A DNA stretch of 64,000 bases, taken from the NCBI GenBank assembly GCA_015680685.1, contig MNCI01002794.1, positions 78,284-142,283 on the forward strand. Direction: 5' to 3'. The DNA is from Gnetum montanum (lineage: Eukaryota > Plantae > Gnetophyta). Below the pieces are notes generated by a model. It saw only the letters and a program-made list of their open reading frames with translations, searched no databases and was not told where the DNA came from. Of the stretch, positions 26,060-39,058 are shown in pieces (the first letter of the stretch is position 1; the number at the start of each line of letters is the position of its first letter). The position numbers were made by a program, and so were the translations under genes.

Positions 26060-26387
26060 TGTGATAACACTTATTGTTGATTTTATTTTACTTTTTCATG
26101 TGGGATGTTATATGGCTAATGTTGGCCAATGTTTGGGTTGTAGAAATTTTAACACTTATGGTTTATTGTTTTAATATTTATGCCACATAGTGTGGCCATA
26201 GCCATATATTTTTATTTTTTATATGTTTTAAATTTTAAGTTTTGGTTTTAGTTTTGGCTATATATGTTGTTGATGAATTTACTATCTTACAATTTTAAGG
26301 CAATGAATGTTGTAAATAATTATGTTGATTATCTAGAAAATGACTAAAGTATAAGATTATGAATGACTATAGGATGAGTGTTACTTA

Positions 26388-26568
26388 TTAGTTTTAGGTC
26401 ATGGACCACCATATGTATATTGCCAGTTTAAGACCATGATGGGTTGTAGTACCAGTTTAAAGTCTTAGCAGACTATGATGCTAGTTTAGAGTCTTAGAAG
26501 ACTACAATGCTAGTTTAATGCCTTGGCAAGCCATGGGTTTTGCCAAATTTAGGCCATAGTGGGCCCGC
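26388..26568. repeat. GGCC hairpin tandem array (~30-bp unit, ~6 copies)
   Basis: Recurrent ag/aa-ttt(a/t)ag(g/a)cc...ccatg units, positioned as 3525-3772 is in element A. Confidence 0.8.
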
Positions 26569-26828
26569 ATTATAATGAAAATATTTTTGGCAATTTTTTG
26601 TTTTCAAACCTTTTTATGGATTTTCTAGTTTTGAAATTTTTATAAGATTTTTGAAGTTTATAACATGCTAAAAAGGAAGCTAAGGAAAGAAAAAGGCTTT
26701 AATAACTAAAAAATGAAAACAAAAGTAAAATCTTAGGCTACATGCATAGAAGATTAAAATAAAGCATGCAAAAAAGCATAATAGGTCAACAAAGCAAATT
26801 TAGGTAACATGGCTATCCGTGCATATGG

Positions 26829-29664
26829 TTACATGGTCATAAGGACATAGGTAGAAGGGTTAAGGTGTACATCACTTGTGCAAATTCTTCTTAATCTTTG
26901 AAATATTAAGAAATGTGTAAGGCCTATTTTGTACAAGTTTGTATCCACCATCCCCTTTGCTAATGATGTTAAAAGGGAGTTCATCCTATAGCACATCCCA
27001 TTACCCATCATCGTTGTTGTTGGTTGTCTCCTCTCTCTTGAGTTGCTAGATTTCATGGCTAGGAGTTTCTTCTTGAAACTCCAATTCAAACCCCTAATCT
27101 ATGTTAACATTGTTAATAGCCAAGGGAACTGTGTTATCATCATGAATGATGCTTTTACCTCTATCATGAGGGAGGTGAATCTCTTAGTGGATAGGTGAAA
27201 ACATGACTTGTAACTAAGCCAACCAAGGTATTTCCAAGATAATGGTAAATCCTAGCATCTCCTCCATCATTAAAAAATTAGTGGTTGTGGGGAATTGCTC
27301 CCATACCACAAAATCCAAGGAGATACACACCTTGACAACAATCCTTGATCCATTGAAGGACTTAAGAGTTGCAGTTGTTGTACATTGTATTTGCTCAAAC
27401 AAGCCTAAATGTTTAACTATGGTGCATGGGATGACATTTTTTGCAACCCCATAATTCACATACACTTGATGCACCTTATACTACCCTACCCTAATGGTAA
27501 TAAAAAGATAAGCCTTAGTTACCTCATGATTTTGAGGAATCATCTTAATTTCACTATCGTGAAACACTAGTGATGTTGATTTCTTCTCCCTTGGTGAAGA
27601 AGTAAGCATCATTACCTAAATGGATTGCTTATTAGTGGGGATGTTCTCAATAATGGATATGGAAGTCAACATATTGACTAGCATATCATGATGTGTAGCA
27701 GAAGTCATGATCTAGTTGTATAGGCTCAAAGTTGTGTTCTTTTGCATACAGGATTACTTAACTTATTTCATCAAACTAAGGATTTTTTTGTCATTGGTTG
27801 TGGGCTTGTCATCATAGTAGTACTTTACTTTCTCCATGCACCTCAAAAAATGCAAATTTCAACATTAGTTTGTTATGGATTTTCCTCTTTCTTTTTATTT
27901 TTTCTGTTAGGGGCCTCCTATGGTTTACTTGTAGAAGCAGCTTGGATTATGGTATTCATGGGTACTGTGGATATGGGAGTGGGCTTTGATAGACCCACTT
28001 CATTCCCTAACTTGGATTTTTTGTCATCTTTGTTATTGGGCTTCTGCTTAGGCTTCTTCCTTTGCTTACTTGAGGCCTTTTGGTTGTTATCAGTTGTGTG
28101 GGAGGAAGAAGCTATGACATTGGTCACCATAGGGGACTATTGTTTGATTGTATGGTCTAGTTGGGTTGTGTTTGGCTAGGGAATCTTGATGACAAAAGGC
28201 TCTCATGAAGATGCTCATGATGGTACTTTTACAACAAAAGGGGATCTTGAGTTGGTGGAAGTTGAACAGGCCCTTTCATCATGAGGGGGTATCTGAATGA
28301 ATGATTCTCTCATAGGAATTTAATTATCATCAACATTGAATGTTGATATGATATATGCACTATTATTAGTGTTCAATGGGTCTTTCTATACCTTCATCAA
28401 TTAGTTTTATGGTTAGATAGGGTTAGATGCATCTAGAACTAGCTCTCCCCTATCTATCATCTTTTATAGGTCATCCTTCAGTGCAAGGTAGAAATTTGTG
28501 TCATGACTAGATAATTAATGATAGTGGTAATAGCAACATAGCTTAAAATCCTTAGGTAGCTATGGGTCATCCTTCATTGCTCGAGTGGGATCCTTGGCTA
28601 TCTCACATAGTTTTTCATGTTTTTTTACAAGGAACTTCATACATTTTCTTGTACTAGATCCTTCCACTCTTCAATAGTTGGTCTAAGAGCTCAGATGGCT
28701 TCAAAGGTAAAGTAGTGTATTTCATCCTATCCTTTTGCTCAAAGTTTTTTTCGGTTGTGGGCAATGCAGTAGCCCTAGAGGTCAATGGTTACTTATCTTT
28801 TTTTTTTAGTAGGGGCTTTGGGTGGGTTGTCCCTTGGCCCCTGTTTATTTGTTTTGACTTCATTGGTTATAGTTCCCACCATCACATTGTTCTACTTATT
28901 CCTCTCCTTGTCCCTCTATGTATGTTAATTTTTATATTCCATGTAGGTAGGGTCATGACTAGCCTCTGCAACATCCTCTATGTTTTTCTTCTAGGAGAAC
29001 GCTTGACTAAGCAACCATGAGTTAAGATAGTATAATTTAGATTTGATAAAATTTTTAACCATTTTCTTGAAAATAGCCAAAATATGGATTTTAGCTATAG
29101 GATCTAGTATCTCATTTAGCAGATTGTTCCATCTTTGTATGAACTTCTACACTAGCTCAAGGGATCCCTACTTAACCTTCATTAATTGGTCAAGCGTGGT
29201 GTTAGGCTTCAAGTTATACTTAAAGTAATTAATGAATTGGGCTATCAAATCCTCAAGAGAGGATGTAGACCCTCTAGGTAGGACATGGTACTAGGCAAGT
29301 GCTTTCCCAATCAAGGACATAGGTAAAATTATCATCATGGTGTATGGTCATGGTTGCAACAGCAGGCACTCAGAGCGAAAGGTAATTAAATGGGCATTTG
29401 GGTCACCTTCATCATTGTACTTGGTGAATTAGAACATAGGAACACTAGTGGGAAGAGTTAGAAATGGGATCATGGGACTGATGAGATCATCTTAATAAAA
29501 GTCCTTTATCTTCACAATCTATGAAGAGGAGGCCTCAAGGTTCTACAACTTTTCAGTCAAGTCTTAGATCATCTAAAAGGCTTGATTCAGTACTTGGAGT
29601 ACCCTTGTTGGTTGTGGAGTTTGGAAAAATGGCTATGACATCATTTGAAGGCCTAGGCCCTCAC
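26829..29664 (-). pseudogene. gag: gag-protease of element B (C-terminal part)
   Basis: FTKYNDEGDPNAHLITFRSECLLLQP; YH*LSSHDTNFYLALKDD; VYVNYGVAKNVI; FTIILEIPWLA; colinear with 3899-6620. Confidence 0.88.
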
Positions 29665-30596
29665 TGATAAGTGGTGATGGATACCCCTATGCCCAACCAT
29701 ATGAATCATAAAGAGTTCATACACAATCTGATCAAATTCCATGGACTCTATGTCTTCAAGTACACTAGTCTTCTATGAAGTGAACCTTGCCCTAACATTC
29801 ATTCGTTGTCTTCCCAGTTACACTTGTCATGTACAAAGGTATGATTAAGTGTAATAAGGACATATGATTTTTATCATTTTATATTTTATGATTTTGGTAC
29901 TTGAAGTAAACTGGATAAAGAATAAAGTAATTTAATATTTACTTTAATCTAATTGGATAACTATTTTTTAACTATTCCTAACATAAGTATTTGGTCCCTC
30001 TTGTTGTACAAATCCTGAACATGTATAACATTGTTGCATTACCAAGAATTAAGCACTTCTAGGATTACCAAATGTCATACACATGCTCGAAGCAGTTGTA
30101 CTTATGTATTTACTTAAATCACTATTTAGCTTATCTCACTTAATTACATAATTAGCTTAATTACTGAGAAACATTGCATAAATAGCTAAAAACATTAAAT
30201 GCATGAATGAAACATTTAAGCTATCTAGAATGCTACAAGGTTTATTAAGAACTTCATCTTTATTGCTACACACACTATCATGCTCAAGTATAACAGTGCT
30301 TCAATAAAGATCTATACATTCAATGACTCCTGTTGTGAGCACTTAGGAAAATATTCTAACTTTTGAATGTGAAAACTGCAAGAGCTTCACTGCAACTCTA
30401 ACTTGACTCCCTGTAAACACGTTTGTGAGCTAGTATTTATAGTTTTTATTATAGGGCTACATCGATGTGGCCCCATAGATGTAGAAAATGCTACATTAAT
30501 AGGACAACACCATGTAAGTAGGGCCCTATTGATAGGGGCCCATTGATAAGGCCATGTTAATGAGGGTCCATTGACTTGACACCTTGACACTCATCA
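29665..30596 (-). repeat. 3' LTR of element D
   Basis: TGAT..ATCA termini; homologous to 56970-57849 and, inverted, to 58937-59852; preceded on minus by ggggta. Confidence 0.88.
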
Positions 30597-30835
30597 TACC
30601 CCATGACTAAATGAAAACTCATCGTTGAATTTCTTTACAAAATTGTGAAGGTATGGCATTATTGACTAATTCTTAACATAAAAAATAAACTAAGTTGGAA
30701 AAAATGAGTGCTAGAGTATACAAATCAATACATTACAAAAATTGTGGTGTTCATGACACAAAATTGAATACCATGACATGATAACTCAAATTTGGATAGC
30801 ACATCCTCTGATGGCATGAAGATGGTTGAGAATAT

Positions 30836-33652
30836 TAGAAAAGCCAAGGTGATGGAGGCTCTTGACGTTCAAAAGGATCTTTGCCAGATTTAGACACATG
30901 TAGTGGCTAAGGTGGTTATAGCTACAACCTCTGGTGGAAGGTGAAAGGCATCCAATAATGCCTTCATCTTCTCCTCCTTACTCAAGAAATCATTCATAGT
31001 CCACATAGCATCACCAATGTGGGATGGAATGGGGATATCCAATAGATAGGTCATTACTAGAAATGACTCCTTAGCATTAACAAACTAGGTAGTGAACTAT
31101 TTGCATTCAATATCAAAAGCCCTTATTGCTTTCTATAGCACCTAGTAGTTATTCATCCTTCTAGCTAGGTTCTTGATGGCAAATCCTTGATTAGCTTCTT
31201 TTCCTTTAAGAACTTTGAGTTCAGCATTTTCCACTACAAGCTTTTTCTTAGTGTGTTTGTGATGTTTGAACTTGGCCTCTTACAACAAGTACAAGCTAGC
31301 CACTTTCTTTTCTAGTTCTAACTATGGCCATCCAGTAGTCGACATAGCTAGATTTGCATATTGAAGATTGGCAAGCTTCATGTATTTTTTCATCCCTTCA
31401 ATTTGCTACTCCTTCATGTAAATTTCTACCATATTATAGCCATCTATCCCATCAATGATAGGCTACCAAAATTCTCTTCCTTGTTGAGTTATTGGAGGAT
31501 TTTATTTACTTTTTCCATTACCAACTGCATGTTCCTTTTATTAACTTCCTTTTGTATACTAACCTAAGTCTTATAATGATCCTTGACTCTCTCAAATTTA
31601 AGAGCCTCTGATTTCCAAGTGGCTAACTTGATTGTAGTCTTCTAGTGAAGAGGATAGACCTCCTTCATGGAGAGGTTTCCATTTGCAGTTGCCAATCTCC
31701 TTAGCTCTGTGTTTGCTCTAGCTAGTTGTTGATGATGTTGATGGATGAAGTAGGTCAACTATTGTTTATGCTTGTCAACATTTCACAAGTGATGATTCTC
31801 TATGATCAGTTGCACATTCCCTTGAAAGGTTTAATCCAAAGCCTTCTGAATTTTATGTTGTGTGGCCTCTGCCAAGGATTGGTAGACATTGCCATCTCCA
31901 TTGCACCCCAACCCATTTTAATCTAGTGTGATGCTATTCAAGAGCTTCATCTCTTTTTAATGCTAGGTCGAAAATGTAGGATTGGAAATTTGGGCTCTTA
32001 GCTCAGCAACTTTAGTAGCCAAGCGTTCTTTTAGCTCCTTAGCTATTTTGAGTTTCCCCTCTAAGATAATGTTTTTCCCGTTGCCTCTAGCAACTCCGAT
32101 TGGGTTGTAGTAATATTATCTCAGAGATTAAATACATCTAAAAGTGATTGCCTAGTTCCCATCATTCAATCTAGTAGTTATTCATGTTGTGCTACATTTA
32201 TTCTACTACTTTTGGTTCCTATAAACATCTACACATTTTTGAGTGAAGTGATGTCTAGTATAAACACTATAGGCACATTAAGGATTTTGGTTATTCTACC
32301 AGCAACCACCTCTGCTACTATCTCCTACCATTGGTGGTGCATCACCAATACTATTACCTCCTCACCTTTCTCTAAGCATGCTGAGATTGTCACAACATTT
32401 CCATAAATTTCTAGGAGTGGCTCTTATTTTTGCAAGAGATACTATAACCCCTTTAGAGTTAGGATTCAATCTTGTAGACAACTACATTCTTTGGGCTGAG
32501 AAAATGGATCCACCTCCACCCATTAGGATGATTGTTTAGGCCACCTATTAGTATAGAAATGGGTCCTCACAACCTATGCCTGCTTGTTGTTCTTGTTCAC
32601 TCAAGATCCATTTTCAATATTTGCATAAGAATTGGATTGTTGGGATGATATTTAGCATAGTTTTTTGAGTGGCAATTGGAGGTGGTGGCTACTAATCCTC
32701 TTCTTGAATGTTCATTGTATGCATCTTATCTTTCATCGTCTTTGCCCAATTAGTAGTTGAAGCATGCTTAACAACATTATTTTTATAATGGACTATTCCC
32801 CCCCTCTAATAGAATTTTTTGATGAAGCATAGAAAGGGGAGTGCCTTCCTTCCATGTTCATTTTCTTTAAATTACTTCTTCATTTCTAGATAGATCATGG
32901 AAGGTTTGTAGGGAATCTCTGACTTAGAGTGGCACATGCATGGACAGAAAAGGTAGTGATTTTGCTTGGCCTTGTAATGGGATTGAGGTGGAAGGTTGCA
33001 ATCTTGTAGCGAATCCTTTATACTAGTGTGAGTATGCCAAACTGCTTCCAGTTGACACCATCACACCATTACATCCATTATTTCTTGATGCTAGGATCTA
33101 CCTGCATTAGAATCTCTATGACACTTACCCTCATTATTGGCAACCTAGGCACTTTAGTAATTCCATGCACTAGGTAGGATACTAAAATATCCTTGATTTT
33201 AACCATTAAACTAGCCTACATGTTGTTCCAAAATAAAAATGTCTCTCCCATGTACCACTTCCTAGTGGAAGTGATAATTGGCCACATGGGAAAGGCCTTT
33301 AGTTGGTCCTATACTTATTTAGGTGCTTGCTCAAAGAAAGGGTAAAATTTTAACTTGAGCATTATTTTTTGAACTTCCCTTGATCTATTTTGATTTAGGT
33401 ATGGATTTTTCAAGGTTAACTCAAGGTTTGCTTGTTGGGTTGGTGCATCATCCTAATGGGGATGTTCTATTGTTGTTGCTGGTTTTGGGATTTGATGAAT
33501 AGATTCCAACTTGGCCTCTTCCCTAAGAGGACCTATGGCATTTGTTGAAAATGGTTCTTCTTGGGATTGTTCTTGGCCCCTTTCTATTCTAGACCATTTC
33601 CCCCTTGGTTGAGATGGTCTTGCTTTCTACATGTGTTTGCTTTTGGTGCCAT
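30836..33652 (-). pseudogene. Large 3' extra ORF of element D (sense to pol, ~2.8 kb, coiled-coil-like C-half)
   Basis: Begins ATGGCACCAAAA; aligns with 58085-61826 (PMWPIITSTRKWYMGET/PMWSILSYSGKWYMGKT; HLNPITRPSKITT/HLNSILRPSKITT; KEEKMK). Confidence 0.8.
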
Positions 33653-34190
33653 CTACAATCAACACATCCATGGATTAGTAGATATAATGTGTTACTTTAA
33701 ATTTTTGAATACCTTCTCTTATTAGTTAGTTATGATTTGGCTAAGTTTGGACCATGGTAGGCTAAATATTTTATTAATTATTCATTAATTATTTATTGTA
33801 AATGTCACTAGAGCTTGTTGGAAAGGTTTAACTCTTGTAATTTGGTGTTTAATAGTTGATTCCTCAGCTAAACCTTCATGGGAGTTAGAAAAATGATGAA
33901 AATTTTCTTGTCAAAAATGGCACATTTGTGGCCCCCATGATGAAGAGCTTACCACTAGTAGCTCTAGGGTCAAAGAACGAAGTGATTTGGATAAATAGTT
34001 AGGAAGTTATGGTCTCTAGAAGGTTTTTGGCTCTGAAAATTTGAAAAATGCCCTTGGTGTTTGTGAGAAAATGTGAAAATTTCAAAGTGGATTTGTGTAT
34101 ATATATATACTATTTATTTTTTGCTACATCAACAGGGCCTCATATATGTGTATGCTTCATCGAGAGGGCCCCATATATAGAGCCCATGTA
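33653..34190 (-). promoter_or_regulatory. Putative internal promoter and 5'-UTR intron (33952-33653) of the D extra ORF
   Basis: Donor GTAAGC, acceptor TGTAG immediately before ATG, TATATA at ~34098-34109, motif cluster 34122-34190; same layout in E. Confidence 0.65.
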
Positions 34191-35718
34191 AAATAATTTT
34201 CAACTTTCAATTTATTAAACAATATAAGGAATTTTTGAATGAATTTGGAGTCCATGGAGTCCCAGAAAAGCCAAGAATATGATGAAATTATTAAAGAGAA
34301 TCTTTGAAGGCTCAAAAATTGAAAAAATTGATGGAGAATGTGTTTAATGAACAAAATATGTAAAGGAGCACATGGTTTAATGTAAAAGATGGGTGTACAA
34401 AAGATTCTGATTATAAGAATGCCTAAGGATAAGGTACTTAACAAACCCAACCAAGAGATATGCAAGTGGGTCCTCCCCATAGTAGACACATGCCTTGTTT
34501 GCCCTTGCATAGGCTCAACCTAAGGAGTTAATGGTTGATGAAAGTTAAGAATCAAAACCTAGAAGATTCTACCAAAGAATTCAAACACGTGAGACAAAGA
34601 CATCGAATCAAGAACATGGAACTTGGTAATGAGGTGAGTTATGAACAGCATAGATGGATAATGGAGAAGGTGGAATGAAATTCTAAATTGAAGTCATAAC
34701 AAATCCCTTATGAATTTGTGTTTAAGTGACTTGAGAAAATTCATCCTTAGTCTAGATGAAAATCATCCTCTTTCAGTAACTTCACATCACCACTCTAAGA
34801 TTGATCCATCCATTCAAGACATAAGAGTGCTCCAACAAAACAACCACCATTCCATAAATAGAAGAAAAGAAAAGTAATAAGTGAGAGAGGGCCTTAATTA
34901 GAGGGGATCTTTAGCCATGGGTAACATGTCTTTCTTGTCCCATAACTAGTGCCTATAGCTCATTTTTTTGTCTAAAGGATAGGCTTTGAATTTCCATCAT
35001 GTTGTTTTTTATTAATTTTTTTTGTTTTTGTTTCTTTTTGGATGGGAACCACACCATGAAAAGACTTTATTCAACTTCCTATTATTGGTCGACATGGAAT
35101 GGGAAGAAGTCTATAAAAACACTTAAGCACCTAAGTGAGTAGAAGACTACAAAGAATCTTGAGTCCCCTTGAAGTCACATCCTATGCAAACCTTTGAGTT
35201 CTTTCCAATTTTGAAAACTACCAAGGTCATAAATTTATTAAAAGTTTATTTAATGAAAGATACCTCAAACTTCCAAAATAATAAAAACCATAGAGTTTGT
35301 GAATCGATGGATGTTGTGAACTTACTACCTATTCTATGAAAAAGAAAAAATCAGAAATAATACCTAGACATTAGCAAACAAAACATTAAGCACAAACTAC
35401 CATTAGTACCAGCTATAGCACCACTATTTCATGTTGGCACAAAGAACATTTATTAGAAAAAAATTTGAAAATCACATTCAAACAAAGTAAAATATATAAG
35501 AAAGTGTAAAATATTTAAGAGATATTTAAATGTAATAATGATGGCATAAAATAAAAAAATGTATAAAATAGAAAAATTTTTGAAAATTAAAAAGGTGTAA
35601 AATAAACAAATTGTAAAGACAAAAAATGTGTAAAACAAAAAATAGAAAAACTGAGGAGCCATGTATATGATTAGCATGGATGGCCATCTCCACCACAACT
35701 ATGTTGAAAGAGGGAGAT

Positions 35719-38700
35719 CTAAAAAATTAAGTGTGGTTGTTCATCTATTAGGGTATTTATTACACTAGCTTGCTTTGGCTCATGGAAAGGTTTCACTTGT
35801 TGGATGTTGATCAACTGCTTTTTATTTGGGCTCTCAAGTTTGTATATTAACATGGTCCTAGAGAAAAAGGTTTCATTAATTATATAAGATTCCTCACACA
35901 ATGTTTGGAACATCATTTTCTAGGGTACATGTGTGGGGTTCTAGTAAATAACCTTATTTTCAAGTTGAGATTTTACTTTCCATATTCAAAGGTCATGATG
36001 CTTCTTGTTGTATAGCTTGTTTACTTCATTCAAAGATAGGACCACTAATTGATTTTCATCTAGCACATTTAGGTTAATAAATCTTTCTCTTTGTGCTAGG
36101 CTTAGGTCAAGATCCAAGTCATAAGCTATTGAGAGTGTACAGAGCTCATATTGGATTGGAAGTATTGGAAGTTTGTTGTACACTATCTCATAGTCAGAGT
36201 ATCCAATAGGGAGATTTCATGTTGAGTGAGAGGCCCAAAGGACATCATTGAGTTTTGTGTTCTTGTTTCTCCTATATTTGCTAATAGTTCTTGTTAGAAT
36301 CTTTATAATCTCCTAATTAGTTACCTTTGCTTGAGTGTTGTCTTGGGGATGATAAGGTGTTATTAATTTATGTTCAACCTTCAAGCATTGCATGGGTTTT
36401 TGAAAAGTGACACATGTAAAGTTGGTTTTGTTGTTAGAAATAAATGCACATGGCATCCCAAACCTATTCACAACATTTTTTTGTATATGTCAAGTAACAG
36501 TGGATGATGTACAATCAGTGATTACTATTGCTTCTACTCATATGGTGCAGTGGTTGACTTCTATGGTGATGTATGCCTTTGCATTGGACATGGGTGTGAT
36601 GGGACCCATGAAGTCTATGACCCATATGTCAAATGGTTCTAGTGGTTGAATCCACTATTGAGGACCCTCCATTCAAGTAAGCATTCCACCATCTCATTGA
36701 TAGCATTTATAGGATCAGACAAATTGATGGGCATCCTTGAAGATTCTAGGCCAACAGTATCCTACCATTAGGATTTTTATGGTTGTGCTTCTCCCCACAT
36801 AGTAGCCTCTACAAGGGCCTTCACGAGCATTCTAGAAAATGCACAATTGGTCCACATCAGGCACACAATATCAGACTAGGCCATCAGTGCATACCTTGTA
36901 ACTTTATCTATTGATTTTCATGAAGTACTTAGCCTGATGAAGAAACTTTTTTTTCTTCCTAAAGTCCAAATCTTGTGGCATCTCTTGAGTAAGAAGATAA
37001 GTGAGGATGGCATCATACCATTTTGACTTAGCTAGAACTTGGTCATTTATTATTCCTGTAAAGAGGAGTTCATTTGGAAATTGATCAGAAAGCAAATTCT
37101 CCTTCTCTTTATTATCCCATCTAAACCGAGAGAGTTGGTCAATGATCACATTCTTAGTTATTTTTCAATCTACCATTATGAGATTGAATTCTTGGAAGAT
37201 CATGAGTCACTATATGATATAGGGGCTCATCGTTGGCTTATTCATTAGGAAGCAGATGGAACTATGATCTATGTGCGCAAACACTTTATAGCCAAGCACA
37301 TAGTGCCTAAAATGTTTAAGAGCATACACCACTATCATTAGTCCTTTATCATTTGTGATGTAATTCAACTATACACTGACAATGCTTTGGCTCATGCAGT
37401 GGACGTAGAATGAATAGTTCTTATCATCCAACTATGTAAGCACAACTTCCAAGGCATAATTAGATGCATTTATCATTATATGAAATGGTCTAGACTAGTT
37501 TTACAAGTTTTAATTTAGCTATTAGAATGCATGTTCATACTTCTTTGGTCTAGATAAATGAAGCATCTTTCTTTGTAAGCTCAACCAATGGTTTTTCAAT
37601 CTTGGAGAAATTCTTTATAAACCACTGATAGTAGCTAGTGTGTCCAAGGAATGATAGGATATCTTTGACTATCTCTAGTTGGCGTTTGATTCCTTGGATG
37701 ATCCTTATCTTTTTAGAATCTACCTCAATCCTTTCTTGAGTAATTCTATGCCCTAGTACTATGCCCTCCTAGATCATTGTGTGGTTTTTCTACCAATTGA
37801 GCCTAAGGTTTATTTCAACACATCTTTTCAATACTTGCTCAAGGTGATCTATGGCTTGCTCAAATGTATCCCCATAGGTAGAGAAGTCATCCATAAAGAC
37901 TTCTATCCCACTACCAATATATTATTAAAAAATACTAAGTACTAAGTATTAAAATGTTATAGGGGCATTACACATATTGAACGACATCTTGCAATATGCA
38001 AAAATACCATAGGAAATTGTGAATGTTGTTTTGGCTTGATCTTCTAAAGAAATCTAGATTTAGTTATAGCCACTATAACCATCCAGAAAACTATAATAGC
38101 AATGCCAAGAAATGGTGTCCAACACTTAATCAACAAATGACAACAAAAAATGATCTTTCAATGTTTCCATGTTTAATAGCATGAAGTCAATGCAAACCTA
38201 TCATTTGCTAGATATTTTTAGCACTATGATGAGTGGACTAACCCACTTTCTATTCACAATTGTGTACATGAACTTTGCCTTGAGGGGTTGCTCAATCTCC
38301 TCCTTGATAATTTATTTCAATTTTGGGTTCCAACCACCATTGGTTGCCTCCTTGGATTCATGGATGGATTAGTGTAAATATGATGTTGGCATATTCATAG
38401 ATCAATTTTAGCCAATTTAAGATATGACCAAGAAAAGGCTATTGGTGATTTGTTAATCACCTTCAATAATTTTTCTTTCTATTTAAGAGCAAGTTTGACA
38501 TTAAGTATGACCTTTTTGCTAATTTTTTTAAGAATGCATATTTTAGGCCAGTAGGTTGATTTTTCAACACTAGGGGCTCTCATTTAAAATTCTCAAGGAT
38601 CTCCAACTCTTTCCAATTAGTACCAACATTTTCTTCATCATAGTGTTGATGATGAACTTTTTCTAGTTCATCCATGCCCTCAACATAACCACATGTCAAT

Positions 38701-38750
38701 GTCTCAGAGGGCTTCATGCATAGTGTGCCACTATCAGAGTTAGCTGTTAG
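35719..38750 (-). pseudogene. pol: pol (RT-RNase H-integrase) of element D
   Basis: KWVSPLIIV; FLDGYSGYN; CNAPITF; EVFMDDF; NASNYALEVVL; DQLSRF; WVIDFMGP; RFGMP; INIQQVKPF. Confidence 0.92.
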
Positions 38751-39058
38751 CAACTAGATGTCCTCCTATTTAATGGTTGCTGCATACAGGCACCTTCAAA
38801 TATCGATTTTATGTGCACAATGATTACATGCTTTAATAAATGTACTTTTAATAGTCTAGATTTTTGCATGCAATTATATCAATTATCATTGTACGTGATG
38901 CATGGAACACACTTCTTCTCAAGTTGTCCAAATTTGTTCTCCTTGGAGATTTTATTATTAGAAGTAGTGGATTTTATTATTAGAAGTAGTGGGGCTTAAC
39001 TATTTTGTAATATGGAACACTATATATTCTCATCTAGCACTTGTTGCTCCTTGCACAT

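Noticed and set aside
27742-28179. Hydrophobic 145-aa ORF and similar short ORFs in the track (e.g. 5713-5961, 28715-29020, 35453-35698, 12619-13016)
   Set aside because: Antisense shadows of Lys-rich gag, low-complexity AT-rich sequence or N-run artefacts.
30715-30900. Transmembrane C-terminus (env-like) in the D extra ORF
   Set aside because: The hydrophobic stretch appears only in a frameshifted reading; the frame conserved with E is Pro/Gln-rich.
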